DNA of 60,130 nt from Clostridiales bacterium UBA1740 (GCA_002315715.1 DCHY01000035.1:1-60130); one strand, 5' to 3'. Positions 18,566-30,029 are shown, numbered from the stretch's first letter. Numbers and translations are program-made. The notes: generated by a model from the sequence alone, not told the origin.

Positions 18566-19498
18566 ATGCCCGATATCGGTATTGACGTCATCAACGAGGC
18601 TGTGAAAAAAGATAAAGAAACCTTCGTTTTGCAGTCCGAGCAAGAATACAAAGCGTGTCTTTCGTCCCTCGCCGAAAAAGCGGTGACGGAAAAAGTCAGA
18701 GCCATTTTGCTCTCCGGCCCGTCGGCGGCGGGAAAGACCACCACCGCCAATCTGTTGGCGGACGTGATTCGCGACCTCGGTCACCGTGCCGAGGTGATTT
18801 CGCTCGACAATTTCTATCGCGATGCAAACGATCCCGATTATCCGCGTTTTGACAACGGGGATAGAAACATGGAATGCGCCGAAGCGTTGCTTTTGCCGAA
18901 AATCCGCGAATGCTTGACGAAAATCGAGAAGCGAGAGGACTTTTCGGTCCCCGTTTACGATTTCAAACTGGCAAAAGCGGTGAGAGAAGAAACCTACAAG
19001 GCTATTGACGACGGTTGCGTCATTTTGGAAGGTTTGCACGCGCTCAACCCCCTTATCAGCAAGGATTTGCCGGCAGACGCGCACGTCTTGAAGATCTTCG
19101 TCAGTCTCTCGACCAACCTCGTCGACGAGAAAGGCGAACGCATTTTGTCGGGCAAAAAGATGCGTTTTGTCCGCCGTCTTGTCCGTGACAATCTTTATCG
19201 CGGTGCCTCGGGTGCGCGAACTTTGACGCTTTGGAAGCAGGTTTTGGAGGGGGAAAGTCTTTATCTTTACCCGTATAAACCGCTTGCCGACGTGCGTATC
19301 AATACGTTTCACGCGTTTGAACTGTCGGCACTGCGTCCCTACGCTTTGGACCTCTTGGAGGAAATCCAAAACGACGAATACGCCGCGATTATTCTGTCGG
19401 CGGTCCGAAAAGTGTCTCCTATGGACATCTCCTACGTTCCCGATGATTCTTTGATTCGCGAATTTATCCCCGGCGGAAAATACGAAGACAAATATTGA
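18566..19498 (+). CDS. Uridine kinase / phosphoribulokinase-family P-loop nucleoside kinase-like protein
   Basis: Walker A LSGPSAAGKTTTA, then ISLDNFY and ILEGLHALNP as in the Udk/PRK family. 310 aa. Confidence 0.6.
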   Translation: MPDIGIDVINEAVKKDKETFVLQSEQEYKACLSSLAEKAVTEKVRAILLSGPSAAGKTTTANLLADVIRDLGHRAEVISLDNFYRDANDPDYPRFDNGDRNMECAEALLLPKIRECLTKIEKREDFSVPVYDFKLAKAVREETYKAIDDGCVILEGLHALNPLISKDLPADAHVLKIFVSLSTNLVDEKGERILSGKKMRFVRRLVRDNLYRGASGARTLTLWKQVLEGESLYLYPYKPLADVRINTFHAFELSALRPYALDLLEEIQNDEYAAIILSAVRKVSPMDISYVPDDSLIREFIPGGKYEDKY

Positions 19499-19507
19499 GA
19501 GGCAAGT

Positions 19508-21505
19508 ATGAGTGCTAAGTGGATTACCACCGAGAAGATGGCGAAACTTTCGCCCATTTCGGTTTTTCATAAGGCTGCTGACGGCTACGTGCCGCCCACG
19601 AGCGAAGTGCAGGCGGCACATATACTTTTCCGCCGCCGCTTTTCGCTTACCGATGCGGCAAACGCGACGGTGAAAATCAGCGCCGACGATTACTATAAAC
19701 TGTATATCAACGGCGCTTTCGTCGCTTGCGGCCCCGCCCCCTCTTATCCTGCTTACTACGCCTATAATCAAATCGACGTTTTCCCGTATTTGCACGCCGG
19801 CGAAAACGTCATCGCCGTCCATACCTACTACAACGGACAAATCAACCGCGTGTGGGTCAGCGGCGACAATTTGCACGGTTTATACCTGTCTCTTTGCCAA
19901 AACGGCAAAGAAATTTTGGCGTCCGACGAGTCGTTCCTCGTCAGTGAACACACCGCTTTTTCCGTCGAAGGCACTTACGGCTATAAGACGGGATACCTCG
20001 AACGGTACGACAGCAACGCCAAAGAGTGCGGCTTTGAAAACATTGATTTTGACGACAAAAGTTGGCAAAATGCCGTCGTAAACCCCAATATTGCGCACAA
20101 TCTGTCAGTGTCGGCGCCTATGCTCGTTTTCGAGAAGATCGAGCCTACCAAGGTAGAAGCGGACGGCAGAAGCGTCAAAATCGACCTCGGGCGCGAGATT
20201 TGCGGCTACGTCAAAATCAGCGCGATGGGGCAAAAAGACTCCGTCGTTCTCTTCCGCCAAGCGGAGGAACTGAATGACGACGGCACGCTTCGCTATCACC
20301 TGCGCTGTAACTGCGACTACGAAGAATCTTGGGTGCTTTCGGGCGGTTTTGATACCTATCAGCCGTTCGATTACCGCGGTTTTCGATATTTGGAATTTCT
20401 GCTTCCCGAAGGGTGTGAACTGTTCCTTGACACCCTCGAAGTGACGGCGCGCCACAACGGTTATCGGGAATTGCCTTTCGTTTCGGAACTTGAAAAGCGG
20501 GAGCCGAAACTCGGCGCCATCGTTCGCCTTTGCGCCGATACCGTCAAATACGGTATCCAGGAAGTAGCGGTGGATTGCCCGACGCGTGAGAAGGGACAGT
20601 ATCTCGGCGACGCCGGCTTTATCGGTATGACCTACGCCGCCTTGACGGGCAGTGCCGAACCGCTCAAGCGTTCGCTGTGCGACTTCGCCCGTTCTTCCTT
20701 TATATGCCCCGGCTTAATGGCGGTTTCGACGTCTTCTTTTATGCAGGAAATTGCCGATTATTCGATGAATTTTCCTGCCTTCGTGTGGGCGGCGTATCAA
20801 ACCGACAAGGATATCGCCTTTTTGCGTGAGATGTATCCGACGGTTCTCGGGGTGTATCGCTATTTCAAATGCTTTGAAAACGCCGACGGCGTTCTTTCGG
20901 ACGTAACCGAGAAATGGAATCTCGTGGACTGGCCTGCCAATTTGCGCGACAATTACGATTTTCCTCTGACCGATCCCGTGACGCCCGGCACCCACAACGT
21001 GCCGACGGCGTACTTTATCGGCATGGGAAAGTGCATCAATGAAATCGCAAAAGAACTCGGAGAGGTTCCCCCCTGCGACGTTGCCCACAATATCGACGGC
21101 TTTCTTTCCTATTTCTTCGATGCGGAAGCAAACCTTTTCAAAGATAGAAGAGAGTCGAAACATCACAGCCTGCACGCCAACGTCCTGCCGCTTCTTTTTG
21201 ATATCGGCATCACGCCCGCCGTCAAAGAGAACGTCCTCTCTATGATTCGGGAAAAGAAACTCGTCAGTGTCAATTATTTTGCCTATTATATTCTTCTCGC
21301 GCTTGAGCGTATCGGCGAATACGATTTGGCGCACGAACTTCTCTTAAGCCCCGACGCTTGGTCAAATATGCTGAAGGAAGGCGCCACCACCTGTTTTGAG
21401 GCTTGGGGCAAAGAAAAGAAAAAGAACTGCTCGCTCTTCCACCCCTGGATGAGTTATGCGGCGATATTCGCCAAATCCTATTTCGAGAGAAAATACAGAC
21501 CTTAA
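19508..21505 (+). CDS. GH78 (alpha-L-rhamnosidase)-related six-hairpin protein, no signal peptide
   Basis: YYKLYINGAFVACGP (rhamnosidase N-domain-like) and VDCPTREKGQYLGDA (variant of the GH78 DCPxRE..GWTGD motif). Only 9 nt after the kinase-like gene. Confidence 0.6.
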   Translation: MSAKWITTEKMAKLSPISVFHKAADGYVPPTSEVQAAHILFRRRFSLTDAANATVKISADDYYKLYINGAFVACGPAPSYPAYYAYNQIDVFPYLHAGENVIAVHTYYNGQINRVWVSGDNLHGLYLSLCQNGKEILASDESFLVSEHTAFSVEGTYGYKTGYLERYDSNAKECGFENIDFDDKSWQNAVVNPNIAHNLSVSAPMLVFEKIEPTKVEADGRSVKIDLGREICGYVKISAMGQKDSVVLFRQAEELNDDGTLRYHLRCNCDYEESWVLSGGFDTYQPFDYRGFRYLEFLLPEGCELFLDTLEVTARHNGYRELPFVSELEKREPKLGAIVRLCADTVKYGIQEVAVDCPTREKGQYLGDAGFIGMTYAALTGSAEPLKRSLCDFARSSFICPGLMAVSTSSFMQEIADYSMNFPAFVWAAYQTDKDIAFLREMYPTVLGVYRYFKCFENADGVLSDVTEKWNLVDWPANLRDNYDFPLTDPVTPGTHNVPTAYFIGMGKCINEIAKELGEVPPCDVAHNIDGFLSYFFDAEANLFKDRRESKHHSLHANVLPLLFDIGITPAVKENVLSMIREKKLVSVNYFAYYILLALERIGEYDLAHELLLSPDAWSNMLKEGATTCFEAWGKEKKKNCSLFHPWMSYAAIFAKSYFERKYRP

Positions 21506-21559
21506 TGACAACCGAGATTATGCCAAAGGAGGATTACGGGCAACCGTAAAACCGAGATT

Positions 21560-23107
21560 ATGCTATCAAAAGTTTACAGTTCCGGGCTTTTCGGCATCGA
21601 AGGCTTTGAAGTAACCGTCGAGTGCAGCGCCTGGGACCGCATTCCCCATTTTGAACTTGTCGGGCTCCCCGACACGGCTGTGAAAGAGGCGAAAAACCGC
21701 GTACAGTCGGCGTGCGAAAATTCCGGGTTCATGTTCCCCCCGATGGATATCATGGTCAACTTGGCGCCTGCCAACCGAAAAAAGGAAGGGACGGCGCTGG
21801 ACCTTCCCATCTTGATTTCCATCCTGCAAAGCGACAGAGTGATTCCCTCCGACGTTGATTTTTCGGGGCTTTGCATTCTCGGCGAACTCTCTCTTTCGGG
21901 AGAAGTCCGTCCCGTTGACGGCGCCCTTTCCATGTGCGTTTCCGCCAAAGAATGCGGAAAAAAAGAAATATTCGTTCCGTTTGCCAACGCCAAAGAAGCC
22001 GCGGTCGTTGACGGAATCACGGTGTACGGCGTCCGTCACGTGCGTGAAATCGTCTCCCATTTGCGCGGTGAGAAAACCATCGAACCCACTGCTCATACGG
22101 GACACTCCTTTTCGCTTTCCGACCGACGTGATGCCGGCGATTTTTCCGAAGTCCGCGGTCAGCTGAAAGCCAAACGCGCCCTTGAGGTAGCGGCGGCAGG
22201 AGGGCACAACGTCTTGATGATAGGTCCTCCCGGCTCCGGCAAATCCATGCTTGCCAAACGTCTTTCTTCCATTTTGCCCGACTTGACCTTTGAGGAAGCC
22301 GTCGAAACGACCAAGGTTCACTCCGTCACGGGTATGCTCAAATCCGATCTTGTGACCGAACGTCCTTTCCGTTCGCCGCATCACACGGTATCTCCCGCCG
22401 GTATGATCGGCGGCGGAACGAATCCGCGCCCCGGCGAAATCTCTCTTGCTCATAACGGCGTTTTGTTTCTTGACGAATTGCCGGAATTTCCGAAGAGCGT
22501 CACGGAATCCTTGCGTCAGCCGCTCGAGGACGGAGAAGTGACGGTGACGAGAGCCGCCGCCAAAATCACCTACCCCTCCTCCTTTATGCTCGTCTGCGCC
22601 ATGAACCCCTGCCGCTGCGGCTATTTCGGGGACCCGACGCACAAGTGTTCCTGCTCCCCAAAATCCGTCGAAAACTATCTTGAAAAAGTCTCGGGACCGC
22701 TTCTCGACCGTATTGATATTGAAATAGAATTGCCCTCCGTCTCCTTTGACGAAATCTCCGGCAAAGGCAAACCCGGCGAACCCTCCGCCGTCATTCGTGA
22801 GCGCGTCAATCAAGCGCGGGCATTTGCCGCCGAACGTCTCCAAAAAGACGGCGAAAACGGCAATATCTTAAACGCCAATCTCACCCCGTCCCTGCTTCGC
22901 AAATACTGTGTCCCGAATGAAGAAGCACGGGAACTTTTGCGTACGGCGTTTGATTCTCTCGGTCTCTCGGCACGCGGTCACGACCGCATTCTGCGCGTGG
23001 CACGCACCATCGCCGACCTTGACGGAAAAGAGGTCATCGACATAGATTGCATTGCCGAGGCAATCCAATATCGCACCCTCGACAGAAAATATTGGCGCCG
23101 CGCCTAA
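21560..23107 (+). CDS. comM: YifB/ComM-family Mg-chelatase-like AAA+ ATPase
   Basis: [22 protein letters not shown]-terminus, Walker [23 protein letters not shown] Walker B. Confidence 0.9.
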   Translation: MLSKVYSSGLFGIEGFEVTVECSAWDRIPHFELVGLPDTAVKEAKNRVQSACENSGFMFPPMDIMVNLAPANRKKEGTALDLPILISILQSDRVIPSDVDFSGLCILGELSLSGEVRPVDGALSMCVSAKECGKKEIFVPFANAKEAAVVDGITVYGVRHVREIVSHLRGEKTIEPTAHTGHSFSLSDRRDAGDFSEVRGQLKAKRALEVAAAGGHNVLMIGPPGSGKSMLAKRLSSILPDLTFEEAVETTKVHSVTGMLKSDLVTERPFRSPHHTVSPAGMIGGGTNPRPGEISLAHNGVLFLDELPEFPKSVTESLRQPLEDGEVTVTRAAAKITYPSSFMLVCAMNPCRCGYFGDPTHKCSCSPKSVENYLEKVSGPLLDRIDIEIELPSVSFDEISGKGKPGEPSAVIRERVNQARAFAAERLQKDGENGNILNANLTPSLLRKYCVPNEEARELLRTAFDSLGLSARGHDRILRVARTIADLDGKEVIDIDCIAEAIQYRTLDRKYWRRA

Positions 23108-23119
23108 AACCGAAAAAAG

Positions 23120-23152
23120 AAAAGCCGCAAGAGCAATTCTTGCGGCTTTTTG
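23120..23152 (+). terminator. Rho-independent terminator after comM
   Basis: AAAGCCGCAAG-AGCAATT-CTTGCGGCTTT followed by TT. Confidence 0.8.
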
Positions 23153-23273
23153 CGTACAATTGTTTACATAATAACAATGTTTTCGGGTTTTCAGAATAAG
23201 AAAAGCCAAAACCCATCACGGCGTTTCCCTTTTTAAGGTGCCAAAGATTTGTTAACTAACAGAGGAAGGAATA

Positions 23274-24101
23274 TCATTTGTCTTTTTGACAATCCTGCAT
23301 AAAGCGTACTGCCAAAGGGAGCCAACATTGAATAGCCGGCACAAGATAGTGAGCCTGCCCGGAACACGTCTGCTCGTTGGCGAGCGACGCGCCGTGCGGT
23401 CCCTCGGGGAACAGGTGGTATTCGCATTTCACCTTGGCTTTGACGTAGGCCTCCGCCAGCATCAAGGAGTTTTCGACGGGGACGATATCGTCGTTGAACG
23501 TCTGCCAAATAAACGCCTCGGGGGCGTCTTCGTTCACGTGCTTTTCGAGCGACCAAACGTTGCGCTCTTCTTCGGTGGGATTACGGTGTCCGCAAAGATT
23601 TTCGATGGATTGCCTGTGCGTGTATGCGGCGCATCCCGTGACTACGGGATAGCAAAGCACCATCCCCGTCGGGCGCACGAGTTTGGGATCGGCATCGCCG
23701 AGTACTTTTTGGATAACGGGATGATGCGACAGAATCCCGATAGATCCGGCAAGATGTCCGCCGGCGGAAAAGCCGAGCGTGAAAACATAGTCGGGGTCCA
23801 CGTTGTATTTTTCCGCATTTTCGCGGACGTATTTCATGGCGAGCGCCATCTCGGCGAGCGGTGCACCGTCTTTGGCTTTTTCACCGACGCTGTAACGAAG
23901 AATGAAGGCGGCAAAACCCTGTCCCAAAAGCGCCGTCGCGACGGGTTCCGCCTCTCTTTCGGAAAGAAAAGTGTATCCGCCGCCCGGGCAAACGATGACG
24001 GCTTTTCTTTTGGCTTGTTTCAAATCGCTGAAGTTGGAGAGGCAAATCGCCGTCAAGGTTGCGTCCTCGTACGGGTGAAGGGTGATAGTTTCGTAATTCA
24101 T
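23274..24101 (-). CDS. Alpha/beta hydrolase (esterase / deacetylase-like)
   Basis: VCPGGGY oxyanion region and nucleophile elbow GFSAGGHLA. 275 aa, no signal peptide. Confidence 0.75.
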   Translation of the reverse strand: MNYETITLHPYEDATLTAICLSNFSDLKQAKRKAVIVCPGGGYTFLSEREAEPVATALLGQGFAAFILRYSVGEKAKDGAPLAEMALAMKYVRENAEKYNVDPDYVFTLGFSAGGHLAGSIGILSHHPVIQKVLGDADPKLVRPTGMVLCYPVVTGCAAYTHRQSIENLCGHRNPTEEERNVWSLEKHVNEDAPEAFIWQTFNDDIVPVENSLMLAEAYVKAKVKCEYHLFPEGPHGASLANEQTCSGQAHYLVPAIQCWLPLAVRFMQDCQKDK

Positions 24102-24161
24102 AAGCCATCCTCGCTTGCTGTTTATCTAACGGCAGTATACCACGTATTGACAAAAAGCGCA

Positions 24162-24189
24162 AGAAAAAAGCCCGCATTTCTGCGGGCTG
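24162..24189 (-). terminator. Terminator of the bPH-domain gene
   Basis: On the minus strand, AGCCCGCA-GAAA-TGCGGGCT is followed by TTTTTT, 5 nt after the stop at 24194. Confidence 0.75.
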
Positions 24190-24193
24190 GTTA

Positions 24194-24604
24194 TTATTGA
24201 ACGGATTTCAATTCGTTAAGTGTTTTGCGGACGTCTTGAGGATTGCACACTTGTTTAAAATTGACGTTATTTCTGTTAGCTCCTTGAATACATACATTAC
24301 CGTAGTTAAAAATCTTGCCGAAAAACGATTGGTTGCTCGTAATGTTTTCAATATGGTCAAGCGTCATCTCGTCACAATGTGTATTCAACCAACCCCTTTT
24401 TTCATATACATGTTTGTCAGATATGGCGTATTCGGTTGTAATAAATGCGATTGTTGCGCTAATTGCGTTAAGAAGGGGCATAAGTAGCAACCAGAATCCG
24501 AGAATGCCCCAAACCCATGCGAGTATGAGGGAAATAGGGTTCTTTTTTACGGACAAAATTATTTTTTCATTCGGGGCAAGAGCGTTCTTTTCAATGTACG
24601 ACAT
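24194..24604 (-). CDS. Bacterial PH-domain (bPH_2 / YdbS-YdbT-like) membrane protein
   Basis: Two N-terminal TM helices (ISLILAWVWGILGFWLLLMPLLNAISATIAFI) then a PH-like beta domain (YAISDKHVYEKRGWL...ITSNQSFFGKIFNYGNV). ATG at 24604 is preceded by AAGGAG. AT-rich gene. Confidence 0.6.
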   Translation of the reverse strand: MSYIEKNALAPNEKIILSVKKNPISLILAWVWGILGFWLLLMPLLNAISATIAFITTEYAISDKHVYEKRGWLNTHCDEMTLDHIENITSNQSFFGKIFNYGNVCIQGANRNNVNFKQVCNPQDVRKTLNELKSVQ

Positions 24605-24641
24605 ATAGTTCTCCTTCTTGCTATGTATGAAACATAGATTG

Positions 24642-24661
24642 TAACATATATTATAACATAT
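24642..24661. promoter_or_regulatory. Direct repeats TAACATAT (x2, 12-nt register) in the divergent promoter region; candidate RHH operator
   Basis: TAACATAT at 24642-24649 and 24654-24661, with a related AACATA at 24631-24636. They lie just upstream of TATAAT at 24682-24687. Confidence 0.35.
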
Positions 24662-24706
24662 GTTTTTTTGCTTTGTCAAGATATAATGAGGAAAGGAGGA
24701 AAGAAC

Positions 24707-24895
24707 ATGGAGAAGAAACTGATTATAGAAAAGAAAACGCCGAAAGGCGAAGACGGTTACCGCGTTTTTTCCATTCGCATAAAGGAAGAACTTGTTCTTC
24801 GTCTTGACAAAGCATCACTTTATAGCAACCGTTCTCGCAACGAACTTATCAATATGTTCATTGAGTTTGGCTTAGATAATTCGGAAATTCGATAA
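24707..24895 (+). CDS. Ribbon-helix-helix (CopG/Arc-like) DNA-binding protein
   Basis: 62 aa. VFSIRIKEELVLRLDKASLYSNRSRNELINMFIEFGL fits the beta-strand/helix/helix RHH pattern. GGAAAGGAGG RBS before the ATG at 24707. Confidence 0.55.
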   Translation: MEKKLIIEKKTPKGEDGYRVFSIRIKEELVLRLDKASLYSNRSRNELINMFIEFGLDNSEIR

Positions 24896-24896
24896 A

Positions 24897-24933
24897 ACAA
24901 AAGAGAGTCGCAAAAATGCGGCTCTCTTTTTTC
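24897..24933. terminator. Bidirectional terminator between the RHH gene and groEL
   Basis: AGAGAGTCGC-AAAAAT-GCGGCTCTCT with a T-run on the + strand and an A-run upstream. Confidence 0.75.
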
Positions 24934-24943
24934 GTTTGTGGAA

Positions 24944-26864
<1,921 letters not shown>

Positions 26865-26931
26865 GTTTTGAATCCTCCTTATCATGATCATCCGTCGGTT
26901 ATGCCGATGGATTTGTGAAAAACGTTCGGAA

Positions 26932-26958
26932 TTAGCACTTCACGCCTTCGAGTGCTAA
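26932..26958 (-). promoter_or_regulatory. CIRCE operator (HrcA binding site)
   Basis: TTAGCACTT-N9-GAGTGCTAA inverted repeat, one mismatch from consensus TTAGCACTC-N9-GAGTGCTAA, located between the promoter and groES. Confidence 0.9.
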
Positions 26959-26969
26959 CTTCTACGATT

Positions 26970-26998
26970 ATTGTATACGGGACACCCCGAAAAATCAA
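26970..26998 (-). promoter_or_regulatory. Sigma-A-type promoter of groES-groEL (TTGATT-17-TACAAT on the minus strand)
   Basis: Hexamers read on the reverse complement, immediately upstream of CIRCE. Confidence 0.5.
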
Positions 26999-27039
26999 CA
27001 CATTTTTCAAGAGTTCACAAATTGTTAACATTTGGAAAG

Positions 27040-27774
27040 CTACGCCAATTTTTCTTTGAGGAAAGAGAGAATTTTCTTTTCTTCTCTTGAGATTTTCACC
27101 TGCGAAAGCCCCAAAATCTCGGCGGTTTTGCTTTGCGAACAGTCGTGATAATACCGCAAACCCACGATTTTTTGCCATAACGGGGGCAGGGATTCGACGG
27201 CGTCTTTGAGCGCTAACCGCTCCGTTTGTGCGCTTTCGCTGTTTCCGTCCGAAACGAAAGCCGACAGCGGCACCGATTCTTCCTCGGTGGAGACGGGTTC
27301 ATCTAGCGACCTGACGGCACTCCCCGAAAAAAGGGCGGCAGCGGCATCGGAGGGAGAAACGCCGCAGGCGGCCGCCACGGCGGCAATGGAGGTGTCCTCG
27401 CCCCGCGCAGACCGCCTATCGGTTTCCGCCGACAGCAGCACGGCGAGTCTTTTTTCTTCCCTCGACACCTTGATAAGCCCGTCGTCACGCAAAAACCGAC
27501 GCATTTCCCCGAAAATCAGCGGTACGGCGTAGGTGGAAAAAGCAAGACCGCGCGACAGGTCAAAGGTGCGAATGGCTTTCATCAGTCCGATGTCCCCGCA
27601 TTCCAAAAGGTCGGACAACTCGGCGCGTCCCGAAAATCGACGCGCCAAGGCAAAGACCAACGGGCGGTTTTTCTCGACTAAAAGATTGCCGGCTTCTACG
27701 TCTCCTTTGCGAAAAGCCGACAGCAAAGACAGGTTGTCGGCAAACTCTTTTCGTCTTTCTTTTTTCTCAGTCAC
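27040..27774 (-). CDS. sigF: Sporulation sigma factor SigF
   Basis: Sigma-70 regions 2-4 (YAVPLIFGEMRRFLRDDGLIKVSR; C-terminal HTH SQSKTAEILGLSQVKISREEKK). Third gene of the spoIIA operon. GTG start at 27774 overlaps the spoIIAB stop by 8 nt. Confidence 0.85.
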   Translation of the reverse strand: MTEKKERRKEFADNLSLLSAFRKGDVEAGNLLVEKNRPLVFALARRFSGRAELSDLLECGDIGLMKAIRTFDLSRGLAFSTYAVPLIFGEMRRFLRDDGLIKVSREEKRLAVLLSAETDRRSARGEDTSIAAVAAACGVSPSDAAAALFSGSAVRSLDEPVSTEEESVPLSAFVSDGNSESAQTERLALKDAVESLPPLWQKIVGLRYYHDCSQSKTAEILGLSQVKISREEKKILSFLKEKLA

Positions 27775-28216
27775 GGCTAAACTTCTTTTTGAGGATAACC
27801 GTCGTGCCGGCGCCGACTTTTGAACGAACGCGGCAGGAATCCGTAAAACTTTCCATGACCAAAAATCCCATGCCGCAGCGTTCCTCCGGCTTTCCCGTCG
27901 TGAAAAAGGGTTGACGGGCTTTTTCCACGTCCTCAATGCCGCAGCCGCGGTCGGCGATTTCGACACAGACGGTGCCCTCGTCATAAAGGCGGACGGTGAG
28001 ATGGAAAAAGCGCGCGTCGCTCTCCTTTTTGTGTACGTAGGCGTGCACGATACAGTTGGTGACGGCTTCGCTCACGGCACAGCGCAGGTCGGCGAGTTCC
28101 TCCACCGTCGGATTGAGCGAGGCGGAAAACGCCGAGACGAGAGACCTTGCCACGCTCTCGTTTTCGCTGATAGCCGGCAATCTCACTTTCATTTCGTTGA
28201 TCAGTTGTGCTTTCAT
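27767..28216 (-). CDS. spoIIAB: Anti-sigma F factor / serine kinase SpoIIAB
   Basis: HATPase_c N-box (AVSEAVTNCIVHAY) and G-box (DRGCGIED). 149 aa. Confidence 0.9.
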   Translation of the reverse strand: MKAQLINEMKVRLPAISENESVARSLVSAFSASLNPTVEELADLRCAVSEAVTNCIVHAYVHKKESDARFFHLTVRLYDEGTVCVEIADRGCGIEDVEKARQPFFTTGKPEERCGMGFLVMESFTDSCRVRSKVGAGTTVILKKKFSRD

Positions 28217-28225
28217 AAAATCTCC

Positions 28226-28558
28226 TCAAGGTAACAGGGTGATGTTTTTGATTTTTTCAATGCCGGACAGGCGGATGACGCGCGACAGTTCCCCCGAAAG
28301 ATGGGATAGGACGACGCCGCCGCCCAAGAGGCGCATCGTCTCGGTTCTGCCGAGAATCAGACCGATGCCCGACGAATCCATCAGCGGTACGTCCTCGAAC
28401 GAGATTTCCAAAATCGCGGGTTTTTCGTACAGAACGTGACGATCGATGGCATCGCGCATCGGGCGCGCCGTGTGATGGTCGATTTCGCCGTGCAAAACGG
28501 CGCACAGCGCTTTTTTGTTTTGGTCATAGGGCGCAAACGTTACAATTTCCATAAGCAA
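28226..28558 (-). CDS. spoIIAA: Anti-sigma F factor antagonist SpoIIAA (STAS)
   Basis: 110-aa STAS domain with the phosphorylatable serine context MDSSGIGLILG. Confidence 0.9.
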   Translation of the reverse strand: MLMEIVTFAPYDQNKKALCAVLHGEIDHHTARPMRDAIDRHVLYEKPAILEISFEDVPLMDSSGIGLILGRTETMRLLGGGVVLSHLSGELSRVIRLSGIEKIKNITLLP

Positions 28559-28721
28559 ATCTCCTTGGTTCGATTATACCGAAACCCGTACTCGAAAAAG
28601 GTCGCTTTTTCTGCCGCTTTGAAAAAATCGCAAAAAAAGATAGATGCGCCCCCGCAGGCATTCTCTGCGGAAAGGCAAAAAAATTTTTCCCATTTTTTTA
28701 CATTTTCTATCTACATGAATA

Positions 28722-28750
28722 TTGACAAAGAGTAAAAACGGGGTATAATA
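28722..28750 (+). promoter_or_regulatory. Consensus sigma-A promoter (TTGACA-17-TATAAT)
   Basis: Exact consensus hexamers at 28722-28727 and 28745-28750. This gives a leader of about 70 nt before the CofE-like gene. Confidence 0.65.
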
Positions 28751-28823
28751 ATAGCGTGTATTTTTTACGACGATGCGGAAAAGGCCAAAAACGCGAATCC
28801 CGCACGGAAAGGATAAAAAATAT

Positions 28824-30029
28824 ATGGAACAAAATGAGAGAAAGGTGGGTACCGTTTCCAGAGGTATCCGTTGCCCCATCATCCGTGAGGGAGACAATCT
28901 TGCAGAGATTGTCACATCCAGCGTTCTGGAAGCCGCAAAGTCCGAGGGATTCGAACTTCGCGACCGCGACGTCATTTCCATCACCGAGTCCATCGTTGCC
29001 CGTTCGCAGGGTAACTACGCGTCTGTTGACGACATCGCCGAAGACGTGAAGAACAAACTCGGAGGCGAGACCGTCGGCGTTATTTTCCCGATTCTTTCCC
29101 GTAACCGTTTTGCCATCTGCCTTCGCGGCATTGCCAAAGGCGCAAAGAAGATTGTCTTGATGCTCAGTTATCCGTCCGATGAAGTCGGAAACCAGCTTGT
29201 CAATCTCGATCTCGTTGACGCTGCCGGCATCAATCCTTATTCCGATGTTTTGACCCTTGAAAAATACCGTGAAGTGTTCGGCTATATCAAGCACGAATTC
29301 ACCGGTGTTGACTACGTCGATTACTATGCAAACCTCATCCGTGAATCCGGCGCCGAAGTGGAAATCATCTTCGCCAACCAGGCAAAAGCCATTTTGCCCT
29401 ATGCGGATCACATCTTGACCTGCGACATTCACACCCGTGCCCGTACCAAGAGAATTCTTATGGCTGCCGGTGCAAAGGTCGTTCTCGGTCTTGACGATAT
29501 CATGACTTCGTCCATTCACGGTTCCGGCTTCAACGCCAAATACGGTCTTCTCGGTTCCAACAAATCGACCGAAGACAAAATCAAACTCTTCCCGCAGGAA
29601 TGCAAAGACCTTGTCCTTGACATTCAGGCGCGCATTCTCAAAGCCACCGGCAAACACGTAGAAGTCATGGTTTACGGCGACGGCGCGTTCAAAGATCCTC
29701 AGGGTAAGATTTGGGAACTTGCCGATCCCGTCGTTTCTCCCGCATTCACCGACGGCCTTATCGGAACGCCCAACGAACTCAAACTTAAGTATCTTGCTGA
29801 TAACGATTACAAAGATCTTTCCGGTGAAGCGCTGAAGGAAGCCATTTCCGCCAGCATTCGTGCAAAGACCGGTGCTTCTCTCGTCGGCAACATGGCGTCT
29901 CAGGGTACGACCCCCCGTCAGCTTACCGACCTCATCGGTTCTCTTTGCGATTTGACCTCCGGCTCCGGCGACAAGGGTACGCCCGTCGTCTTGGTTCAGG
30001 GTTATTTCGACAACTACACCAACAACTAA
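28824..30029 (+). CDS. CofE / F420-0:gamma-glutamyl-ligase-fold protein (about 400 aa, function unknown in this context)
   Basis: N-terminal pattern IRCPIIREGDNLAEIV ... DVISITESIVARSQGNY resembles the PF01996 (F420_ligase) family. ATG at 28824 after GGAAAGGA. Confidence 0.6.
   Translation: MEQNERKVGTVSRGIRCPIIREGDNLAEIVTSSVLEAAKSEGFELRDRDVISITESIVARSQGNYASVDDIAEDVKNKLGGETVGVIFPILSRNRFAICLRGIAKGAKKIVLMLSYPSDEVGNQLVNLDLVDAAGINPYSDVLTLEKYREVFGYIKHEFTGVDYVDYYANLIRESGAEVEIIFANQAKAILPYADHILTCDIHTRARTKRILMAAGAKVVLGLDDIMTSSIHGSGFNAKYGLLGSNKSTEDKIKLFPQECKDLVLDIQARILKATGKHVEVMVYGDGAFKDPQGKIWELADPVVSPAFTDGLIGTPNELKLKYLADNDYKDLSGEALKEAISASIRAKTGASLVGNMASQGTTPRQLTDLIGSLCDLTSGSGDKGTPVVLVQGYFDNYTNN

Noticed and set aside
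21506-21563. A 14-nt direct repeat AACCGAGATTATGC (21510-21523 and 21550-21563) flanks an AAGGAGG upstream of comM, together with a 9-codon mini-ORF (MPKEDYGQP).
   Set aside because: The repeat is short and could be chance or a local duplication of the start region. The comM N-terminus from the ATG at 21560 matches the family, and I see no structure or function to attach to the repeat.
28751-28823. Possible purine or other riboswitch in the ~70-nt leader of the CofE-like/guaA operon, and a guanidine/ykkC-type riboswitch in the MATE leader (40130-40350).
   Set aside because: Neither leader matches the conserved cores I know (purine three-way junction; ykkC ACGR/GGGA elements). The cofE-like leader has only weak pairing potential and no terminator. 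Left to an Rfam scan.
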